IMG/VR virus record: IMGVR_UViG_3300020044_011667
Location: 1-27,990 of that record
Direction: 5' to 3' (one strand)
Length of the DNA stretch: 27,990 nucleotides
DNA from: a virus
Lineage: Duplodnaviria > Caudoviricetes
The position numbers were made by a program, and so were the translations under genes. Under the pieces are notes generated by a model. It saw only the letters and a program-made list of their open reading frames with translations. It ran no database searches and was not told the DNA's origin. Shown one piece after another: positions 7,094 to 15,798 of the stretch (within the stretch, counting starts at the first letter, position 1; every line of letters begins with the position of its first letter).

Positions 7094-7165
7094 CTAATGA
7101 TATTTATGGTAAAATTTAATGTTTAATCACCTTTATGGCAGTATTTTTGGCGGTCAATCTTCTCA

Positions 7166-7381
7166 ATGAAATTTCTCCATGACGCATTTACAGGCATTGA
7201 CAATCAAACCTACGACTTAGGACGTATCCTTCTCGCCTTTTCTTTGTTTGCCTACCTTGTTCTCTCTTTTCTTACCATTTCGCGCTTTAATCCGCTGGAT
7301 TTTGCTGGAGGCGTTGGCGCAATTTTGACGACAGGCGGAATACTGCTGAAACTTAAAGAGACCACGGAGCCCAAGAAATGA
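7166..7381 (+). CDS. two-TM membrane protein, holin candidate
   Basis: 71 aa, two hydrophobic segments, charged C-terminus, near the endolysin. Confidence 0.6.
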   Translation: MKFLHDAFTGIDNQTYDLGRILLAFSLFAYLVLSFLTISRFNPLDFAGGVGAILTTGGILLKLKETTEPKK

Positions 7382-7740
7382 CTTGGCAAACGCGCCCTGT
7401 TTCTGAAGCTGATTTCTACGCTCGCTATCCGTGCCCGTCATGCAAGGGCTCCCCTTTGGTTTACTCGTATATCACGCGCCAAATAACGCAAAAAATAAAC
7501 CACTACGGAGAGATTCAGATTTGCCTCACGCTTTTTCCTATTGCCTTTCAGGAGCTACAATATTCTTGGCTTGCCAATCGGTGGGAGCATCCAAAATATG
7601 TTTTAAAATGCGCCAATGAAACAAAAGGTTGTTATTCTAAATCTTTAGACTCAAGTACGACCTCCAGGGGTCTTAGAGAGTATTGGTATTATCGTTTATG
7701 GAGATTAAAAAATGACCCCCGAAATACGACGCACGCTTGA
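7378..7740 (+). CDS. hypothetical protein with CxxC
   Basis: ATGA coupling to the upstream gene; PCPSC and distal C....C. Confidence 0.5.
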   Translation: MTWQTRPVSEADFYARYPCPSCKGSPLVYSYITRQITQKINHYGEIQICLTLFPIAFQELQYSWLANRWEHPKYVLKCANETKGCYSKSLDSSTTSRGLREYWYYRLWRLKNDPRNTTHA

Positions 7741-7927
7741 TTCCTATTATTCCTCTCTTGCATCACAAGGCCGAACAGGTGATTTTCTCAGAAAAGCCAT
7801 CGCCCTCCTTTCCGCTCAAACCGAAACCCTATCGGCTGATGAAATAACCGCCGCAATACGCGCTGAGGCCGCAAAAGTCTGCGACGATGAAGCGCATATC
7901 GACCAGACGTTAGCCGAATTTGGTTAA
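7712..7927 (+). CDS. hypothetical protein
   Basis: GGAG RBS, 71 aa. Confidence 0.55.
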   Translation: MTPEIRRTLDSYYSSLASQGRTGDFLRKAIALLSAQTETLSADEITAAIRAEAAKVCDDEAHIDQTLAEFG

Positions 7928-8124
7928 CTTAACCCCGAACGGTAACAGATTCAGCTAGCTTAAGCCTACAATTTAAAATGGGGTAAATGCGGCCTCCCCT
8001 TTTCTATCTTTTTCCCATTTCATCGATTTATCGCCATAAAAACGTTATTCGGCTTTGCAGCCTGCATACAGTTTACGCAAGACTGTATATTTATTTAATT
8101 ATCAAAATATACTGACGAAATCAG

Positions 8125-8166
8125 TTTACAATCACTCTTTTCGGGAGTAATATTGTGGAATTACTC
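8125..8166 (+). promoter_or_regulatory. candidate late-operon promoter overlapped by a palindrome
   Basis: TTTACA-17 nt-TAATAT (8125-8153); GAGTAAT-N8-ATTACTC (8145-8166). Confidence 0.35.
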
Positions 8167-8183
8167 TTTATTCGCGAGGCACA

Positions 8184-8396
8184 ATGGCAAAGCTCACAAC
8201 CAAAGCCCGAGGCAAACTGGCGGCTAAAACCTTCGGACTTCCAAAAGAAAAGAAATATCCCATGCCTGACAAATCTCATGCGGCAAATGCTAAAGCGCGC
8301 GCTACGCAGATGGTCAACAAGGGGAAATTAAGCGCCTCCGAAAAAAAGAAAATAGACGCAAAAGCGAATAAGCTTTTATGTAAAGGTAAAAAATAA
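8184..8396 (+). CDS. small basic protein (DUF6582-like)
   Basis: MAKLT...R..L....FGLP.E.KYPMPDKSHAANAKARA pattern recalled from phage/bacterial small proteins; Lys-rich; GAGG RBS. Confidence 0.7.
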   Translation: MAKLTTKARGKLAAKTFGLPKEKKYPMPDKSHAANAKARATQMVNKGKLSASEKKKIDAKANKLLCKGKK

Positions 8397-8539
8397 TGTC
8401 AATTGCGGCCATGAATCAAGCGTATGTTTTTTTTGCTGAGCAATTGCTAAGTACGCCTGGTGAAAACGTTGAAATGCTGTACGAAGATGGCGATTTTATG
8501 CTGTACGAAGATGGCGACTATATGATTTATGAGGATTAG
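8396..8539 (+). CDS. 47-aa acidic repeat peptide (not in ORF track)
   Basis: TAATG coupling; MSIAAMNQAYVFFAEQLLSTPGENVEMLYEDGDFMLYEDGDYMIYED; stop 2 nt before the fibre ATG. Confidence 0.7.
   Translation: MSIAAMNQAYVFFAEQLLSTPGENVEMLYEDGDFMLYEDGDYMIYED
8474..8536 (+). repeat. 24-bp tandem repeat (2 full + 1 partial)
   Basis: atgctgtacgaagatggcgatttt / atgctgtacgaagatggcgactat / atgatttatgaggat. Confidence 0.9.
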
Positions 8540-8541
8540 AA

Positions 8542-10071
8542 ATGCCAACACTTCCTTGGTCTGGTAAAGGTTTTAAAACCACCCCCCTTGCGGCAGATTA
8601 CAGCTTGCTTGTTGATTCTGTCTCCGGTAACAATTTACGTTACACATTTGGTTCTTTAGCTCCAATTACAAGAGCTACCGAGCTTACAGGTTTAACATCT
8701 GTTAACTCCCCTATACTTCCCACTGATACTATTTTGCAAGGGTTAGGAAAAGCGCAGGGGCAGATTGACGATTTAGATGGCGGAAAATGGGAGCTTGTCC
8801 CGTCAACAACGTATTTGAGACCGGAGCAAGCTCTTGGTATTGCCGGCCTTCGTTTGTACAACTTATCGCAATCTGAAAGCGTTCGGACTTCTTATGAGTC
8901 AAACGGGTTTTATTTTGACTCATCTGATACAACTATGAAATGGCGCTTTTGGCAAACGTTGCAAGCAGAGACTTTTATAAAGTTAAATAATTCGGGCGCT
9001 TTAAACGCAAACAAAGGGATCTCTTTTTATGGTCTGAACGATCAATATAAAATTGGATTTGATGATGCTGGAGGTCTCTTAGGATCTCTGAGATATAATG
9101 TAGATACAGCCGCGAGTACTCATGGACATTTATTTTCTGCGGGAACGATAGGCTCTTCATCAACTCTGGCGTTTTTAAGCGGCATTGGTCAGTTACGAGT
9201 TTACAAAAATAATGGATGGTTAGCTGGGGTTTTTGGAGGGGTAGCAACAAATCAGGTTGTAATGGGTTCTTTAGAAAATGTTCCTACAATCGCTGGGCAT
9301 AATTCAGCGCTTAATGCGTATTCTGCTCTAAATTTGCGTAGTGACGGTAATTTAATGACGGTCTACGCCTCATCTTTTGAAGTTCTTTCTAATATAAATT
9401 CATATGGAAATGTTTATTCTCGTAACATTGTATCTCAAAACAAAAATACTTATATTTCGCATGACGCAATCAACAATGTTGGCGTTATACAATCTGTACA
9501 AGATGGCGTTGCGTTTCGTTCTACCTATATATCTGAACAAGGCGGTGGTGTTGCTTTTGGCCTGAGTAGGTCTATACCGGGTCTTGCGCTTTTTCATTCC
9601 GAACTTCCTGCATATTTTAAAAGTACAATAAATATAGACAATAGCCCTGTTGCGCCGTCTGCCGCAGCTCAAGGAGGTATGCTGTATGGATTAGCAACGG
9701 GCTCTTTTGATAATTTGTGTTGGATAGATCATTCTGACGCTGTTACAAACATAACAGACTTAAAACGTAAGATAATCACAAATAATTACAATACAAATTA
9801 TGGCGATGACATTTTACTAGTAAATGCAACTGAATTTACAGCAGGATCCCCTCTACAGATTACTGTTGCCGCTAACACAATCAAGCGCACATTGACAATC
9901 GTAAAAATAGCAGGCCCACAGGACAGCGTTGTAATCGCGGCTGAAATTGGTCATTTTATCAGCGGTAATTCTGGCGTATTTTTTGCGCTTGGCGCGAACT
10001 ATAACTACCTTCGATTACAACAACAAAACTCTACTAATGCATTCGATGTGGGCGCGCGCTATAGCTCATAG
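8542..10071 (+). CDS. virion fibre-like protein (head or accessory fibre)
   Basis: Gly/Ser/Asn-rich beta composition; LTGL..VNSPI..TDTILQGLGKAQGQI segment and C-terminal DDILLVNAT..ITV..LTIVKI..ISG module recalled from phage fibres. Confidence 0.7.
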   Translation: MPTLPWSGKGFKTTPLAADYSLLVDSVSGNNLRYTFGSLAPITRATELTGLTSVNSPILPTDTILQGLGKAQGQIDDLDGGKWELVPSTTYLRPEQALGIAGLRLYNLSQSESVRTSYESNGFYFDSSDTTMKWRFWQTLQAETFIKLNNSGALNANKGISFYGLNDQYKIGFDDAGGLLGSLRYNVDTAASTHGHLFSAGTIGSSSTLAFLSGIGQLRVYKNNGWLAGVFGGVATNQVVMGSLENVPTIAGHNSALNAYSALNLRSDGNLMTVYASSFEVLSNINSYGNVYSRNIVSQNKNTYISHDAINNVGVIQSVQDGVAFRSTYISEQGGGVAFGLSRSIPGLALFHSELPAYFKSTINIDNSPVAPSAAAQGGMLYGLATGSFDNLCWIDHSDAVTNITDLKRKIITNNYNTNYGDDILLVNATEFTAGSPLQITVAANTIKRTLTIVKIAGPQDSVVIAAEIGHFISGNSGVFFALGANYNYLRLQQQNSTNAFDVGARYSS

Positions 10072-10087
10072 AAAGAAGGAAATGAAA

Positions 10088-10435
10088 ATGATAATAGTTG
10101 ATTTAAATTTTATATTGATAGACATCAATGGCAATCAAATTATAAAAAAATATGATGAAAATAAAGAGCCAATTTATTTTGAGGCCTGGGATTGTTTTTC
10201 TGAAAACATAGAAAAACACATAGAAACACGTAGAAAAAGAGGTCAGATAGAGCTGGCAAACGCATGGGGGAATGCAAGAAACCAGTTTATGTTAAACAAA
10301 AAAGCAAGATTAACATTTGAAGAGCATGATTATGTTAAATTATTTTTAACAGAAAACGTAATTGATTGGGTCGGAACAATTAAAGCGCAATTTTTATCAG
10401 CATTTAATGAGGGAGAAAATAATGACCGCAGTTAA
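10088..10435 (+). CDS. fibre-associated hypothetical protein, paralogue 1
   Basis: ATG 10088 behind AAGGA (or 10082); aligns by eye with the next ORF. Confidence 0.7.
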   Translation: MIIVDLNFILIDINGNQIIKKYDENKEPIYFEAWDCFSENIEKHIETRRKRGQIELANAWGNARNQFMLNKKARLTFEEHDYVKLFLTENVIDWVGTIKAQFLSAFNEGENNDRS

Positions 10436-10706
10436 CTTTGACTTTGATCTTTTAGATCAATACGGAAATAACCTTGGAAATTGCGCTATTTGGGTTCAAA
10501 GTTGGGACAAAATGGTTTCAAAAATACGTGATTTGGTCAATGAAGGGCAAAATGTTGAAGCTGACTACCTGAAGGGGGCATTAAATCAATGGGAAGCAAT
10601 GAAAGAAGCAAATATGGGCGATCCTCAATATAGCTATGTTAAAGATGTTTTTTTAGATATGCATGTCGATATTAGAAAACAAATATATGACAGGTTTCCA
10701 GTTTAA
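10422..10706 (+). CDS. fibre-associated hypothetical protein, paralogue 2
   Basis: ATG 10422 behind GGGAG; VNFDFDLLDQYGNNL resembles VDLNFILIDINGNQI. Confidence 0.7.
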   Translation: MTAVNFDFDLLDQYGNNLGNCAIWVQSWDKMVSKIRDLVNEGQNVEADYLKGALNQWEAMKEANMGDPQYSYVKDVFLDMHVDIRKQIYDRFPV

Positions 10707-10726
10707 TTTGATCAAAAGAGGAAAAA

Positions 10727-10909
10727 ATGAATATTTTTAAATTATCAGAATCGATTGTAAATCAACTTGTTGATGCCGCTTGTCGAGGTATAGGTGCCGC
10801 TGCCCTTCCTTTGGTTGACGCTGTTAGAAACGAAATCAATAAGCAAATGTCAATTCAAGAGTCTGAAGAGATTTCTGTTATTGAGAAAAAGGAAGATGTT
10901 TCTAGCTAA
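10727..10909 (+). CDS. hypothetical protein
   Basis: GAGG RBS, 60 aa, fills the operon gap. Confidence 0.6.
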   Translation: MNIFKLSESIVNQLVDAACRGIGAAALPLVDAVRNEINKQMSIQESEEISVIEKKEDVSS

Positions 10910-10911
10910 AG

Positions 10912-11367
10912 ATGGGCAGACGTAAATTAGCGTCAAGCGCGGATGAAGAGGATTCAATATTTGCTGAAATTTGCGAAAAAATAGCAAACTCAAAGCAAGG
11001 GATTGAGCACATATTAAAAACGGATGAAAAATACCCTTCTCTTTCTGTGTTTTTTAAATGGAAAAGAGAAGACCCGATTAAAAACAAAATTTATCTTCAA
11101 GCGAAAGATGTTCAGGGACATGTCTTTGCTGATGAGGTAAATAGGATAGCTCAAGAATTAGAGTCTCTCGCCGACCAGTGCGATGCAAATTTTATTTTAG
11201 CGCACACACGAAGGCTTGTCGCTTTGCAAAATAGTAGGACATGGCAGGCAAAGAATTTTGCGCCACGTCAGTTTGGAGACAGTCACACCACCGCCATTGA
11301 AGAGCTGATGGCGAAAGTTAACTCGATGGCTGAAAATGAAATAAATGGCAAGTCTAGCGGAAATTAA
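10912..11367 (+). CDS. terS: terminase small subunit
   Basis: EICEKIA..PSLSVFFKW HTH, Y.QAK..Q...ADE, RTW.A...APRQFGD (Sf6-like TerS); precedes terL. Confidence 0.88.
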   Translation: MGRRKLASSADEEDSIFAEICEKIANSKQGIEHILKTDEKYPSLSVFFKWKREDPIKNKIYLQAKDVQGHVFADEVNRIAQELESLADQCDANFILAHTRRLVALQNSRTWQAKNFAPRQFGDSHTTAIEELMAKVNSMAENEINGKSSGN

Positions 11368-12886
11368 AAAGCGGATAGAGCAAATTGAAGCCGCGAGAGC
11401 CAAAAGGAAAAAAGTAGATATCACGCTTGATGGAAATGTAATTACGGTTCACGGAAAAAGTGACATTATTTACAGACCATCAAAAACGGGGATTTTACTA
11501 AGCAACGCAAAAGATTTTGTTATTGCGACTAAAGGCCCAGTTCGGTCTGGGAAGTCGACAATGAAAATAAACAAGATGATGGAGCACACGCTTCAAATGC
11601 CGCCGTGCCTTGATGGCGTTAGGCGTGCATGCTGGGCGGTTATTCGTAACACGTACGGCGAATTAGAAACTACAGTTCTTCGGACATGGATGATGTGGTT
11701 TGGTGATTTAGGCGACGCTTATCTTCGGATGAATGCGCCCATCTATTATAAATCATGCTTTAGGGATACGCATGGACCTGTCGAGCTTGAAGTTTATTTC
11801 ATGGCGCTTGACAGAGCCGAAGATGTAAAGAAATTAGATTCTTTGGAATTAACCGGCGCTTATGTTAATGAGTGCCGATATATTCCTGAAATAGTTATTG
11901 ATAGATTGCAACAACGAGTAGGACAGTTTCCAAAAAAAGATTTTGTACGCGGAGGGAAGTTTGATGGATTGATTTTGCTTGATACTAATCCTCCTTCTAC
12001 GCGCCATTGGTTTTATGAAAAGTTTGAAAAGAAAAAAACCCCGGGATATTTATTGCTTAGTCAGCCGCCAGGGCTTCTTAAACTTGACGATGGTACTTAT
12101 GTGACAAATCCAGAAGCAGATAATTTAGAAAACTTGAATCCGTCTAATTATTACGAGCAAGCGGCGATAGGACAAAGTCAAGAGCACATCAATGTTATGT
12201 TAATGGGAAATTACGGTATTACATCAGAAGGTAAGCCGGTTTACCACGAGTACGATGATGATAGGCATTCGGCGTGGGGGCTTGAGTATATGCCAGATTT
12301 GCCCGTTTATCTCGGAATCGATTACCAAACATTACCATCGGTTGTGTTTTCGCAAGTTTCACCGAATGGACAGATACAGTTTTTGAAAGAACTGATCGCA
12401 ACACATCAAGGGTGGAATGCTTTTGTTGATGTGCATTTGATGCCTTACATTCAGCGCACATTGCGCGGACATAAAATTTACGCATATGACGACCCAAGCG
12501 GGGGAAATAAAGTAGCGACGACAGCGACATCATGCAGACAGTATTTAGCAACGCATGGGATTAGAGCTATGCCTGCCTACTCCAACACTATCAGCGTTCG
12601 CATTGAAGTTGTTAGAAATGTTCTAAGAAACAATATAGACGGGAAGACCCCGGAATTTATTTTAAGTCGAGAAGGATGCCCCACATTAAGAGAAGGCTTT
12701 ATTACGGGTTATCGATTTAAAGAGGTGGGGACAAAGAACGGCACAGAATACAAAGATGAACCTGAAAAAGATAGGTTTGCCGACGTGCATGATGGTTGCC
12801 AATACAACTTAATGGGGATTAAAGGTCCTCCAAGACCAAAAACTGTAATTAAAACAAACATGAAACCAAAAGGGGTTTGGGCATAA
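11345..12886 (+). CDS. terL: terminase large subunit
   Basis: Walker A GPVRSGKS, AVIRNTY.EL, Walker B LTGAYVNE, DTNPP, nuclease YLGID and DVHDG.QY. Confidence 0.95.
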   Translation: MASLAEIKKRIEQIEAARAKRKKVDITLDGNVITVHGKSDIIYRPSKTGILLSNAKDFVIATKGPVRSGKSTMKINKMMEHTLQMPPCLDGVRRACWAVIRNTYGELETTVLRTWMMWFGDLGDAYLRMNAPIYYKSCFRDTHGPVELEVYFMALDRAEDVKKLDSLELTGAYVNECRYIPEIVIDRLQQRVGQFPKKDFVRGGKFDGLILLDTNPPSTRHWFYEKFEKKKTPGYLLLSQPPGLLKLDDGTYVTNPEADNLENLNPSNYYEQAAIGQSQEHINVMLMGNYGITSEGKPVYHEYDDDRHSAWGLEYMPDLPVYLGIDYQTLPSVVFSQVSPNGQIQFLKELIATHQGWNAFVDVHLMPYIQRTLRGHKIYAYDDPSGGNKVATTATSCRQYLATHGIRAMPAYSNTISVRIEVVRNVLRNNIDGKTPEFILSREGCPTLREGFITGYRFKEVGTKNGTEYKDEPEKDRFADVHDGCQYNLMGIKGPPRPKTVIKTNMKPKGVWA

Positions 12887-14877
12887 TGGCCGGAAAATTA
12901 ACGAAAGCAAAGCAAGATAAAATTGTAAAAGAAGCCTACGCAGCGGCGGACAGTTATTTTACATCGTTTAAAGATAATATTGACCGCTATCGGAGTCAAC
13001 TTAAATTTTGGATAAGTATTCGCGATCAATGGGACGAACCCCAAAAAGCTACCATTTCAAGCTTTAATCAAATACCTCTCGCCTGCCCTAAAATTTACGG
13101 CATTGCACGGAGAATGATTGGAGAGCAACGGCAATCCACTCCAGACATAAAAGTTTCCGCGCTCACTGAGAAAGCAACACCCGAAGATTTGAAGTTACGT
13201 GATGATTATGTGCGCACAGCATGCTTTCATTCAGATGCGCATGTAGCATACCAAACGGCATATCGCTGCACGATGTTTGGCGGTTTTGGAGCGTGGAAAA
13301 TGTTTCCAAAGTACGAAAATTCAAACACCTTCAATCAGTACATGGCATTAGCAAAAGTAGATGACCCTACATTATGCTTTTGGGACATTGCTGCAAAAGA
13401 TCCGTCGAAAGGTGATGGAGACCACTGTGGCGAATATTTCACAATGCCAACAAAGAGATTTGAATCAAAATATCCAGGCATAGACGTTACAACGTACGAC
13501 GCGCTTCCTAATTGTGGTTACGTGATGTCGGATAAAGATTCCGTCGGCATTATTATATATCAACGAAAAGAATATTTTAATAAAACAATTCTTCAAATGG
13601 AGTCAGGCGAAGTAATTCAGGAAAAAGAATACGAAAAGAAAGTAAATGAATATGTGGCAATGCAAAAAGAGATAGCGGAAGTTTCTGGAGTTCCTTTTGA
13701 CCCGGAAACAATGGAAATTCCAGAAAGCTTACGCCCAACTAATAAAAAGCGAGTTGCTCGCGATTATAAAATACGCACTTATAAAATTGCAGGCAAGCAA
13801 GTGCTAGAACATTTCACATGGCCAGCAAAAGAGCTTGGTTATATATTTATCGACGGCGATTCCTCCTGGGTAAACGGAAAGCAAGTAACAAAACCTTTTT
13901 TCGAAGATGCACAAGATTTACAAAAAGCGGGAAACTATCTGTTTACAAAAATTACGCACCTCATCCGCACTATGCGTTCTGAACAATGGCTGGTTACCCC
14001 GGAAAACATTACCGGGTACGAAGCTATGTGGCAAAATCCTGAGCTCCAGCAAGGCGCGTTAATTGCAAATCCAGATAACAACGGAATGATGCCGATACAA
14101 CTTCAGCCAGGCTCTATTAGCATGGCGCTTATTCAACAATATGAAACGTTGATGCAGAATATAAATACAACGTTAGGTATCTATGAAGCCTACGAAGGAA
14201 ATAATGGGCGAGAAATATCAGGCGTAGCGCACGAAAATCGCGTAAAGCAAGGGAATCTTGCTACCTTTATTTTGAACAGCAATCTCAATCGCGGCGTTGC
14301 GCAAACCGGAAAAGTGTTTTTAAGCGCATTTCCCAGACTGTATGACACCCAACGCCCCATCACCCTCACTTCCCGTGATGGAGAAACACGCACGATTATA
14401 TTAAACAAATCAGATGGCGGTCAGATTTTAAATGACACATCTGGCGATGATTATTATATCGAAATGGATGCAGGCTCCTCATTCGAAGGACAGAAAAAAG
14501 AATCGCTTGACGCGTTGCGCGAGTTACTGCAAATCAACCCAGGGATTTCACAATTGACTGCCGACCTTTTTGCCGAAAATTTACCACTTCAAAATGCTCA
14601 AGTATTGGTTCGTCGTTTACGCGCCGCTCTTGTCCCCCCGGAAGTCGTGGCCGCTGGAAATGGCGAAGAAATGCCACCCAAAGAGCCAGAGCCGCCGCCC
14701 CCAGAAGTAGAGTACATGATGCAAGATATCAAACTACGCAGAGAAAGGCAGCAACAAGAAGCCGCCTTGAAGCAAGAAAAATTAGATCTCGAAAGAGAAA
14801 AGCAAGAATTCGACGCTTATGTGCAAGAAGAAAAGCTAAATCTGGAAGCCGCTAAAATAGGCATCTATGAACGATAA
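12886..14877 (+). CDS. portal protein (P22-like)
   Basis: 663 aa after terL (TAATG coupling); DQW, IGEQRQ, GGFGAW, ISGVA..R..QG motifs; C-terminal coiled coil. Confidence 0.9.
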   Translation: MAGKLTKAKQDKIVKEAYAAADSYFTSFKDNIDRYRSQLKFWISIRDQWDEPQKATISSFNQIPLACPKIYGIARRMIGEQRQSTPDIKVSALTEKATPEDLKLRDDYVRTACFHSDAHVAYQTAYRCTMFGGFGAWKMFPKYENSNTFNQYMALAKVDDPTLCFWDIAAKDPSKGDGDHCGEYFTMPTKRFESKYPGIDVTTYDALPNCGYVMSDKDSVGIIIYQRKEYFNKTILQMESGEVIQEKEYEKKVNEYVAMQKEIAEVSGVPFDPETMEIPESLRPTNKKRVARDYKIRTYKIAGKQVLEHFTWPAKELGYIFIDGDSSWVNGKQVTKPFFEDAQDLQKAGNYLFTKITHLIRTMRSEQWLVTPENITGYEAMWQNPELQQGALIANPDNNGMMPIQLQPGSISMALIQQYETLMQNINTTLGIYEAYEGNNGREISGVAHENRVKQGNLATFILNSNLNRGVAQTGKVFLSAFPRLYDTQRPITLTSRDGETRTIILNKSDGGQILNDTSGDDYYIEMDAGSSFEGQKKESLDALRELLQINPGISQLTADLFAENLPLQNAQVLVRRLRAALVPPEVVAAGNGEEMPPKEPEPPPPEVEYMMQDIKLRRERQQQEAALKQEKLDLEREKQEFDAYVQEEKLNLEAAKIGIYER

Positions 14878-14888
14878 ACCGCAGTGCA

Positions 14889-14919
14889 TAAAGGCTGCCC
14901 CCTTCGGAGGGCTTTTATT
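14889..14919 (+). terminator. intrinsic terminator after portal
   Basis: GC..CCCT-TCGG-AGGGC hairpin followed by TTTTATT. Confidence 0.6.
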
Positions 14920-14941
14920 CAAAATCCACACGCATTTCGAG

Positions 14942-14999
14942 AATATTGCTCCAGTAAACAGCAAATTTAGTTGATTATTGCTGTTTTTTGGAGTATATT
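14942..14999. promoter_or_regulatory. imperfect inverted repeat containing a sigma70-like promoter upstream of scaffold
   Basis: Arms at 14942-14964 and 14978-14999; TTGATT(14971)-17 nt-TATATT(14994). Confidence 0.5.
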
Positions 15000-15037
15000 G
15001 TCTGTCAGCTATAACCTACATTGATTAAGGGGATTTC

Positions 15038-15784
15038 ATGACAGATTTAGATCCAGTTTCCACTGACAATATTGATGACTTAAATAATGAAAGCGTGCAA
15101 GCGCAAGAATTAGAAGTTCAAGATATTGCAGAAAAAGGAAGCGAGTCTGAGGCAGGTTACGAATCGTCAGAATCAACTCCGGCTAGCGCCTCTTACGACA
15201 ATGATTATTTAGCAAGAGAATTGCAGGAAATTAAGCGGCAACTTTCAGAAGCGGTTCGCGCCCAATCTCAGCAATTTAATCATGGCGGGCAAGAGCAAAC
15301 TTATGCCGCAACGCCGAAGGATATTGTTCTTCAGGCGCTTGAGGACATAAAGCAAGACCAGAAAAAGATTCAGTACCAACGCTTTCAGCAAGAATACGAA
15401 ATGAAGCTGGCATCAGCGCCATCGAGATTTCGTGACTTTGAAAGCACTGTATTTAAAAACGGGTCACACCCCTTTTCAGATGAAATGATTGAAATACTCA
15501 AATCATCTGACGACCCCGTAGCGACGATTTACCACGCCGCTAAAAATTATTCGGCTGATTTGGATCGCATTAGAGCTATGCCTAATGCACCAATGCAGAT
15601 TAGGGAAATGGTAAAGCTTGAAGAAAAAATTAAAGCATCACTTAAGCCGCGATTAGTTTCGCGTGCGCCATCTCCAATGCAGCATGATATCGGTAGCGCC
15701 GGTACCTCAGCAGGAGACGATGTTAATAGTACGTCTGGTATGGCAGATTTTTTGCGCCGGCGTGATAACTCCCGTCCAACCTAA
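15038..15784 (+). CDS. capsid scaffolding protein
   Basis: Acidic, coiled-coil, between portal and coat; SRAPSP and C-terminal DFLRRR basic helix. Confidence 0.8.
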   Translation: MTDLDPVSTDNIDDLNNESVQAQELEVQDIAEKGSESEAGYESSESTPASASYDNDYLARELQEIKRQLSEAVRAQSQQFNHGGQEQTYAATPKDIVLQALEDIKQDQKKIQYQRFQQEYEMKLASAPSRFRDFESTVFKNGSHPFSDEMIEILKSSDDPVATIYHAAKNYSADLDRIRAMPNAPMQIREMVKLEEKIKASLKPRLVSRAPSPMQHDIGSAGTSAGDDVNSTSGMADFLRRRDNSRPT

Positions 15785-15798
15785 AAAGGTATATACAC

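Noticed and set aside
8062-8100. LexA (CTGT-N8-ACAG) SOS box
   Set aside because: CTGTATAT is present but has no correctly spaced ACAG half-site.
8474-8536. CRISPR or mini-array
   Set aside because: Repeats are contiguous without spacers and are in-frame coding repeats.
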